DNA of 64,000 nucleotides, taken from Antedon mediterranea (Eukaryota; Animalia; Echinodermata). The DNA lies in contig NC_092676.1 of NCBI RefSeq assembly GCF_964355755.1, positions 13,472,871 through 13,536,870 on the forward strand, written 5' to 3'. The notes beneath the pieces are model-generated. The model saw only the letters and a program-made list of their open reading frames with translations, did not search any database and was not told the DNA's origin. Both the position numbers and the translations under genes were made by a program. Of this stretch, positions 55,901 to 64,000 are shown one piece after another; within the stretch, counting starts at the first letter, position 1, and every line of letters begins with the position of its first letter.

Positions 55901-56504
55901 AGGAAACCGGGGTATCGAATCTCCGTCTGATACGTCGATTTATCGCGAATTTACAGGAAACCGGGATTTTATTGCTTGCGATCACTTGCGTTGCGTTATT
56001 AACGATTCTTACGTAAAGTTGACTTGGAGTCAACTTTACGTAAGCGTAAGAGTCGTAAGCGCAAGAAATACAATGGAAAAGGATAGGCCTATTTTTAATA
56101 GATACGAAAATACGAATTTCATTAATAAAAGCAGCTTTTTTACAACACCTCTTTACCAAAAAAGGATAAAAATTAGCCCTATATTAAAAACGTACAATTA
56201 TATTCAAGTTCTTTCTATTCACACTTTTCTTTATTTTATTGACATATTCTCCTTCCGGTAATTAAGTTCATTAACTGTTCTTTTATTAGGAGAAATGATT
56301 CGATGTTTTTAAACAATTTAAACCGGCACTATTTGCTCCATCTGAGTTTTTCTAATCAATATTTTTGTTGTTTGTGTTGTTATAAGAAGCATGCTATTAG
56401 ACTCTGATGCAGTAGATGTAATATTAAATACAGAAGGTAAGATATTTAATAACAATTAATAATAATGATAATAATAGTAATAACACTAAAGTTATTAAAT
56501 AATA
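49930..56504 (+). repeat. Tandem duplication, 3288-bp period (49930-53216 and 53218-56504)
   Basis: Identical ORF translations at offset 3288; no differences noticed by eye. Confidence 0.95.
51010..52478. mobile_element. PIF/Harbinger-type MITE, inner element (duplicate at 54298-55766)
   Basis: TIR AGGCTGGTTTCCTGTCGACGTAAG / CTTACGTCGACAGGAAACCAGGCT; TSD TAA at 51007-51009 and 52479-52481. Confidence 0.88.
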
Positions 56505-58286
56505 TTGCCATTCAATATCCCTCCACACTTAATAATAAGAAGCATACAGTAAATACTTGTTAAATAAATTTATTTACAAATACATTCTGCACAATACTAT
56601 TTTATGGATTAGGCCATTTATATGAATTCAGAATATATAATACCGACAATCCTTTAACTAAATACTATAATTACTTACTTATTAACTAAATACATTTTTA
56701 AAAAGCAAACACAAACACTTTTACTGATTACCTTAAGTGATATACAGTAACTTTCTTTGCATACACTGTGTCACACAATATATATGATACAGGAAATTAA
56801 ACCTTTAAATAAATCTAAAAAGTTGAGTAGTAAAACTATAAACATATTTTTAAACTCTGAAACTGTGGTACACTGTACTGTAATTTCTCTCTTTCAGATG
56901 GGGCTGAATTAAGGACACAAGTTGATTCAATCTTTCTGGTGTCATTCTTGTATATCTATTTAATAAAGCAAAACAATTTGTAAATGCAACACATACACTT
57001 TCAATGTTGATACATTATCAATGTTAATATCAATGTTTTGTTTAATTTTCAGTGGTATTAGAAGCAGACTTTCTGTTCACATATAAAAATGTTAATAATA
57101 AATAAGTGTGATGTTTCCTATGTACTGGGCAGTATTTACTTTGGAATCATTATAGGCCTCATTTTGTGTTTAAAATTTGCTCTGTAAAAATATTTTAACA
57201 TTTTAAAACTAGTGTGTTGAAGCTTTTCAATAATTATTTTAAATCAAAGAAAAATAATTAAACATATGTATTTAAAGTGTTTTTCACTTGTTTTTCTTAT
57301 TAGTTAATGACTACAAATTTTAATTTTATAGCATTTTCCTGTTAAGCAGCTGAACTACTGTTATTAGTTATAATTATGTGTACAGTATGATAACATTTTT
57401 AGTTACAAACATTTAGTTTTTAAACACATTCCAAACAAAGGGCATGTAAAAGAAGAGTTTCACTGTAGATCATTTTTGTTGCAGTTTAGAAGTTGGAATT
57501 ATTGTGTAGAGTGTGTAGATCCAATACATTAAAATGTTAAAATGTTTTTTTTTTTAATTTGGCCTATCATATAAAATAAAGTCACACTAAAAAAAAAAAG
57601 AGAGATTTATGCCTAATTCCAAAGCTAGCCTAGGCCTACAGATGGTGGTCCACTTAATTGGGATAGGCCTAGTACTTGATTGTAGGGCCTAGCCTAGTAG
57701 GCTAGTATAGGAGGCCTACTACTAATAAGTACTAGGGGCCTAGGCTATATAGTAGGTAGGCCTAAAAAAGGCTTTTAGTAGTAGGCTAGCCTAGGCCTAG
57801 TATTACTAAGTAGGCCTAGGCTAGGCCTACAAGAAGGCTACGGTCTAGGACATTTTTGGTACAGGCCTCTTGCCTATATTACAGTAAAATAGTAGTGGAT
57901 GATGTAGGACTGGGCCTGGGCCTAGGCATGTTCCGTTTTATGTAGCTAGGCCTATGTACAGTATATGCCACACAGCATGTATGCCTTTCTAAGCCTAGGC
58001 TGCCTACCTGAAAAACAATTGCCTGACATGGGCAACCATCGATCGAGCAAACACAGAAGCGTAAGAAAAAATTTCAACTTTACGTAACGATCATAAGACG
58101 ACCGTAAGCGCTTGAAGTTAAAAAAGTCAACTTTACGTAAGGGTCGTTATCGGCTCGTGAGCCTGCGGTTCAGAACGATCAAAACGACGTTCACTTTTGT
58201 TCAACTTAACGGAAGAGACGTAACAAACGCAACAATCGTAACAAACGTTAGCATTTCCAAATCTTACGTCGACAGGAAACCAGGCT
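54275..58286. mobile_element. PIF/Harbinger-type non-autonomous element, outer (left part duplicated from 50987)
   Basis: Same TIR at 54275 and, inverted, at 58263-58286; subterminal CTTACG/CGTAAG and AAGTTGAC..GTCAACTT motifs; TSD not clean. Confidence 0.8.
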
Positions 58287-58484
58287 ATAGTTAACAAAAT
58301 GTTATGTTTGCAAGTTTTAGAGAAAAGCGTTACACAAAAATCATACAGAAAGAAAGAAGATGAAGAAAAAGATGATGATGATGATGATGATTTCGTACAA
58401 TCACAAGATAACGACTCTTTAAACTGAGGACTAGTGCAGTGTTAAAGAGTCGTTATCCAATCGAGTTCGAACAATACCATGAAA

Positions 58485-58556
58485 GCCCCAGTGGTCTAAT
58501 GGTTAGGACATCTGCATATCAAGCAGGCGGTCCGAGTTCGAGTCTCGGTTGGGGCG
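58485..58556 (+). tRNA. tRNA-like gene with anticodon ATC (Asp); possibly a SINE head or TE-borne tRNA
   Basis: Acceptor GCCCCAG/TTGGGGC, D stem GTCT/GGAC, anticodon stem TCTGC/GCAGG with loop ATATCAA, T arm CCGAG-TTCGAGT-CTCGG, discriminator G, TTTTT at 58559-58563. Confidence 0.7.
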
Positions 58557-58663
58557 ACTTTTTCTCATTCTCACAGATTTCCTCATCTTTATCGTTTCAA
58601 ATTAATTAATTAAATTTCAGTATATCACCGGGCGGTTTAGAATTAATGTTCTTTGCCTATTGT

Positions 58664-58666
<3 letters not shown>

Positions 58667-58695
<29 letters not shown>
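58667..58695. repeat. (TA)n microsatellite
   Basis: Direct reading. Confidence 0.95.
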
Positions 58696-58699
<4 letters not shown>

Positions 58700-58850
58700 T
58701 ATGGTTAATTCTGACATAGGCGAGCATGAACAATGCAAAAACTTCGGTACAAATCTCCGCCATAGATACCTACCTTATCTATCTCAGATGTACCGCGAAA
58801 CCGTAGATTTGATAACATTAGTTTTCACATCGACGCTATTGTTCCATATT
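58692..58850 (+). mobile_element. End of unclassified dispersed repeat abutting (TA)n
   Basis: Inverted, diverged match to 48600-48757. Confidence 0.7.
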
Positions 58851-60492
58851 TCTATCTTAGGAAGATATTATAAAGGGTTTTATAAGAAATGTTCTGACTT
58901 CAATCGGTAAATGTTAACTCTACGCACGGTAAGTAATTTCCGGGTTCATGGTAAAGTGTGTCAATCACCTTGCAAGTTCCCTGCATGGCTGGTTTAAACC
59001 GACAGGTAGTTTGCTGCAGCACGTTGCTGAGGATATGCCCTACATATATTGCATTTTCCTTGAGGTATTGCCTGTACCATTTGTTCGTGGGTATTTGTTT
59101 TCCACTGTAATTTCGCGTCAAGTGGCGTTACTTTTGTGTTTCTAACTCACCGCAAACTGTCATATAAGTCTGATTACAGTATTGTGTGTGTGACGAAGAG
59201 GAACGCGACAGCAGCAAAGATTGTTTAATGCTACCATGTGTTTCGAGGAACGGGTGCTGTATGATGTAGGCCTAGCCCTCGAAGAAAGGAAAGGAAGGCT
59301 TGGGTGGGCAGGGCTTAACGTCTAAGAAACCTAGTCTAGGCGGATCGTCTAGGCTAGGCTGTCTTTTCAATTCATTAATGGTATTTTTTAACTTATGTAG
59401 CCTAGCCTAGGCCTGGTTAATTAATGTTGAGCCTAGGCCTAGCTACGCCCTCTAGCTAGCTAGCTAGGCATATAGTGTAGCCCTACTACTAGCTAGAATA
59501 GAAGAGTGTAGCAGTAGTAGTAAGCCTAGATAGTAAGTAGACCTAGTAGTAGCAGGTAGGCGCGCCCAGCCCAACCTACTATACTACTACTACTAGGCGG
59601 GATGAAGCAAGCACCTTGTAATAATACTCTTCTAGGCCTACCCTACAGACAGACTTTTTTTAGAATAGAAGTCATACTAATTTACACACAGTATCAACCG
59701 TTAGTGTTTTACGATATATTATACAATGTCAAGAAGTAAATGCTAGCTAACATTATATTTATTAATTAATGTTATACATGTACATTTTAATTTATACATT
59801 TTTACAATTTAATGTAAAAATACTGATTAGGTTTATTCCAAAACTGATGACCAGCGTCCTCTGTTATATTAATTATTAATTATGGTATAATATTCATATT
59901 ATCATACTCGTCAGAACAAGTGCATAGGTGTGTTATTTGTATACATGTTGCAGACTTCTGATTTTTTTTTCTTTTTACCGTAGAATAATAAAAATCAGCT
60001 GTACCAAAACACTTTCATGACCTTGACTTGCAATTGATAATGCCGTAAAGGCTTGTGATTTTACCCAAGAAATTTAAATACATTTTCAGGTAAATGGATT
60101 TATATAATCAAAATGTCCTACAATAAAACCTGGTGAATAAGAATGTTTAGTTTTATTTATATGATATTAAGAGAAACTGTGGCTGATATAATACTTTTGT
60201 TTTTTGGTGCCCAATCTAGTTCCTGGTTGACATTTAATATTTGTTTGTTTCTTTTTAGAGTGTATGGTAGCTGAATTATTTTGTCTTGCATAGCTTGTTG
60301 GCTCCTCAACAAACTGCAACATCTGTTTAAAACAAATTTGCAATGATATAAAATATTAAGGTGCAAGATGTTATATATTCGTCTATTACTCTACATTATT
60401 ATTTAATCGGGTCAATTTATGTACAGTATCTTTTATTCACATTTTATAAATATTAATATAACACATTATCAAGGAAAAGTTAAGCAGTTTAT

Positions 60493-61730
60493 TTTAGTTC
60501 CATGTGATGAACACTAATAAAATCAAGCTTATTTGAGCAATTGAATGCTGTTTAATTAAACAGCATTCAATTGCATAATTGCATTCAATTCCCTGAGAGC
60601 GAGTTTTTTAATTAAACAGCATTCAATTGCTTAAATAGACCTGATTTTTTCTTGTTTGAGTTTACTTTAGTTCCATGTGATGAACACTAATAATTTCATT
60701 CAATAAAAATCAATTTAAAGGTACAGTTACGTAATTTCTGTGATTTTCCTTGAGAGCGAGTTTTTTTAATTAAACAGCATTCAATTGCTTAAATAAACCT
60801 TATTTTTTTCTTGTTTGAGTTTACTTTAGTTCCATGTGATGAACACTAATAATTTCATTCAATAAAAATAAATTTAAAGGTACAGTTACGTAATTTCTGT
60901 GATTTTCCTTGAGAGCGAATTTTTTAATTAAACAGCATTCAATTGCTTAAATAAACCTGATTTTTTCTTGTTTAACTTTACTCTAGTTCCATGTGATGAA
61001 CACTAAGAATTTCATTAAATAAAAATAAATTTAAAGGTACAGTTACGTAATTTCTGTGATTTTCCTTGAGAGCGAGTTTTTTAATTAAACAGCATTCAAT
61101 TGCTTAAATAGACCTGATTTTATCTTGTTTAACTTTACTTTAGTTCCATGTGATGAACACTAATAATTTCATTCAATAAAAATAAATTTAAAGGTACAGT
61201 TACGTAATTTCTGTGATTTTCCTTGAGAGCGAATTTTTTAATTAAACAGCATTCAATTGCTTAAATAAACCTGATTTTTTCTTGTTTAACTTTACTCTAG
61301 TTCCATGTGATGAACACTAAGAATTTCATTCAATAAAAATAAATTTAAAGGTACAGTTACGTAATTTCTGTAATTTTCCTTGAGAGCGAGTTTTTTAATT
61401 AAACAGCATTCAATTGCTGAAATAGACCTGATTTTTTTCTTGTTTGAGTTTACTTTAGTTCCATGTGATAAACACTAATAATTTCATTCAATAAAAATAA
61501 ATTTAAAGATACAGTTACGTAATTTCTGTGATTTTCCTTGAGAGCGAGTTTTTTAATTAAACAGCATTCAATTGCTTAAATAGACATGATTTTTACTTGT
61601 TTAACTTTACTTTAGTTCCATGTGATGAACACTAATAATTTCATTCAATAAAAATAAATTTAAAGGTACAGTTACGTAATTTCTGTGATTTTTCCTGAGA
61701 GCGGGTTTTTTAATTAAACAGCATTCATTA
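60493..61730 (+). repeat. SatC tandem array, ~157-bp monomer, about 7 copies
   Basis: TTCCATGTGA at 60671, 60830, 60987, 61144, 61301, 61459 and 61616. Confidence 0.95.
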
Positions 61731-61824
61731 GTAAAAAGGTTCATCTGGACCACTGTATAGTATTTAAGTAAATTTTCTTTTAGATGATCCAAAGTCAAAT
61801 AAAAATCGTAAAACTTACTTTTTT

Positions 61825-61866
61825 ACTCAAGCTTTCGCAGGTCAACGACGCAGCTTAATCATGAGT
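61825..61866 (-). ncRNA. Degenerate minimal type I hammerhead ribozyme motif in a putative inverted Penelope pLTR
   Basis: Minus strand reads ACTC-aTGAttA-AGCTGCGTCGTTGACCTGC-GAAA-GC-TT-GAGT: stem I ACTC/GAGT, two mismatches to CUGAUGA, palindromic AAGCTT stem III. Confidence 0.5.
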
Positions 61867-61980
61867 GAGTCTCTGTGACTTGGACTTGTTACCATTAGAT
61901 CTCGTATAATTATGGTATAGCGCCATCTATAGGTCGTTCAGGTTTTCCCAAATGGGATTGTCGGGGCCTCCTCTTTAGTA

Positions 61981-62959
61981 AGCTTCCAGGAAAAAAATAT
62001 ATAAACAGATTGGGCGGTATTGCCATGGGCAGTCCCATCAGCCCGATCGTTGCAAATTTGTATCTGGAGGATTTAGAAGAAAAAGCACTGCAAACAGCAC
62101 CAGACGGAATGAAGCCAACATATTGGAAAAGGTATGTTGACGACATATTAGCTCTTATTCCAGAGGGATCAGCGGAACATCTTAACTCACACTTAAACAC
62201 AATTGACAAAACAGGTAACATAAAATTTACAACTGAGCATATGTCTAACAATACATTACTCTTCTTAGACATCATAATTACACTGAACAATGGAGACCTG
62301 ACGACGACAGTTTACAGAAAAAAGACCCACACAGACCAATACTTAAATTTTCACTCCTGCCATCCATTGGAACACAAGTTAAGTGTGGTTAACACTCTGG
62401 TTGACAGATGTGAAAAAGTTGTCACTAAAAAAGACGAAAAACTAACAGAAATGAAAAAGATTAAACACTCGCTCGTTGGATGCGAGTACCCCAATTGGTC
62501 CAAGGACAAGATAATCCAAAAAAGATCGGAGAACGGAAAACAAAATGTCAAACAAAACACAAAAGATACAACCAACAAAAACAAAGGAAACATAGGGATA
62601 CCCTATATACCAAGAATATCTGAACGAATTAGACGCTGCTTATCTAGTTACAATGTCAACACTTGTTTTACTCCACAAAACAAATTAAGAAATCTTTTAG
62701 TTCACCCAAAAGACAAAATAAAAAATGATGACAAACCTGATGTAATATACCAAGTAAATTGCAACAACTGCGAAAAAGCATATATAGGAGAAACAGCTAG
62801 AACCTTATCCACAAGGATAAAAGAACACAAAGCAGATGTCACTTCACATTGTACAGGGATCCTAACATGCTCAGCCAGAAACTCAGCTTCAGAAATTGTT
62901 CACAACTCAGCCATCACCGATCACATGACCACTCACACTCACTTACCAAATTGGAAAGT
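61981..62959 (+). mobile_element. Penelope-like retroelement fragment (RT C-terminal half plus GIY-YIG endonuclease), truncated at both ends
   Basis: GIAMGSPISPIVANLYLE, WKRYVDD, FLDI, VYRKKTHTDQYLNFHSCHP; VIYQVNCNNCEKAYIGETARTLSTRIKEH. Confidence 0.93.
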
Positions 62960-63878
62960 AACAAGGCCAACAGCCATTAAGTCGCGTGCTACAATGCATA
63001 GTGATACCGGACCGACAGACAGACCGACAGACCGACAGACAGACCGACAGACAGACAGACCGACAGACCGACAGACAGACCGACAGACAGACCGACAGAC
63101 AGACCGACAGACAGACCGACAGACAGACCGACCGACAGACAGACAGACAGACAAGAGAGACCGACCGACCGACATAGTGAACTATACTGACCGAAATTAC
63201 TGAACATGTTTAAAAATGTTGAAATGTTTAAAAACATTTATTTTTTTTAAATTTACACGTGCGTAGCCTGTCACTTTCGACGTGCTCGTATAACGTAATT
63301 TCGAGTTGAAAAGTAAGTCAAGAAAACAGAAATCGGGCAAAAAGAGTGCGCAACAACATTTAACGCGCAGTGCGCGCGCAAAAATATGCGCACTCATGGC
63401 AATTTTGTAAACGCTTAAAATTGCCTGAAATGTACTCTTATTTCATCGAAAATAAATTTTGAAAATGTTAAGCGCGCGTACGCATGCGTTACATGCGCTA
63501 CGCACGTAATTGTATTGCCATATGATGATTTATGCCCTGAAATTTATGAGTACCAAATTTTATTTAATTGTGATTCATGGTTGTGAAGATATGATTACAA
63601 ACGTGATTTCGTTAAATCGTGCGTAGACCACGTAATTTTTTATTGCGCACCGTGAAAACATAACCACATTGATTCCTGGCCATAAGGGATATACTGTGAA
63701 AAATTGACCTAGCTAGATTAAACTGATATCAAGATAAGGTCAGAAAGCGATAAAACGCATAGTGATACCGGACCGACAGACAGACAGACAGACAGACCGA
63801 CAGACAGACCGACAGACAGACAGACAGACCGACCGACCGACATAGTGAACTATAGAGTTGCTTCCACGTGACTAAAAA
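62960..63878. mobile_element. DINE-1/HINE-like (Helentron-associated) element with GACA/GACC microsatellites
   Basis: Starts AACAAG; GACA/GACC arrays at ~63010-63173 and ~63770-63842 with identical flanks GCATAGTGATACCG / CATAGTGAACTATA; terminal imperfect hairpin AGTTGC..GTGACT plus A-run. Confidence 0.65.
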
Positions 63879-63930
63879 TACTAGGCACGGAATCTTCATG
63901 GAAAGACAGGAAAATAAAAGAATCAATAAA

Positions 63931-64000
63931 AACTAGAATTTAATTCGTCACTTTGACGAATTATAGGTGATCATTTTTATCATTTTATGTACGCCATCCT
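63931..64000. mobile_element. Terminus of another Helitron/Helentron-like element running off the window
   Basis: AACTAG plus hairpin AATTCGTCA-CTT-TGACGAATT, like 49543-49576. Confidence 0.6.

Larger units (their letters stand above)
49543..58460. mobile_element. Helitron/Helentron (HINE/DINE-1-like) non-autonomous element hosting nested insertions
   Basis: Left end AACTAG plus hairpin AACTCGTCA-CTT-TGACGAGTT; right end GAA/GAT microsatellite plus hairpin GATAACGACTCTTTAA...TTAAAGAGTCGTTATC; related end at 63931. Pairing of the two ends is inferred. Confidence 0.55.

Noticed and set aside
50516-56261. Duplicated short ORFs (62-115 aa)
   Set aside because: They lie in non-coding MITE/Helitron sequence, and their identity is due to the 3288-bp duplication.
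48600-58850. One 10-kb element bounded by the inverted repeats at 48.6 and 58.8 kb
   Set aside because: The sharp TA-abutting termini face inward, so these are ends of two separate copies.
58860-59260. Possible exon(s) in a GC-richer stretch
   Set aside because: No recognisable protein motif in the listed ORFs; cannot support a call.
60670-61700. Tandem C/D-box snoRNA array (GTGATGA...CTGA in SatC)
   Set aside because: No terminal stem or recognisable rRNA guide; the D-like box is lost in some monomers.
62960-63237. TDRQ-repeat C-terminus of the Penelope ORF and antisense SVGL/SVCR ORFs
   Set aside because: Read-through into the GACA microsatellite of an inserted element.

Overview
AT-rich eukaryotic DNA, probably from a marine invertebrate; the TAGGCCTA-rich runs suggest an echinoderm, but that is inference. 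No intact host gene is visible and the window is almost all repeats. 1-40 kb: a ~185-bp satellite (SatA) that flips orientation across a ~560-bp spacer, and an ~86-bp satellite (SatB). These are interrupted by a decayed Gmr1-type Gypsy LTR element (integrase before RT, CTTC TSD), a duplicated 1.4-kb TIR element with a tRNA-like cassette, and a three-copy composite SatB+MITE block+SatA macro-repeat. 41.8-49 kb: a defective minus-strand, intron-split GIN/Ginger1-type DDE integrase whose frame runs into an OTU cysteine-protease domain once a 5'-truncated L1/Tx1 insertion is removed. 49.5-64 kb: Helitron/Helentron-like elements, a Harbinger-type MITE inserted into the TIR of its own relative, an apparently identical 3288-bp tandem duplication, a clean tRNA cloverleaf with an ATC anticodon, a 157-bp satellite, and a Penelope RT/GIY-YIG fragment preceded by an inverted, degenerate hammerhead-like motif. 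All alignments and coordinates were read by eye; no searches were run.
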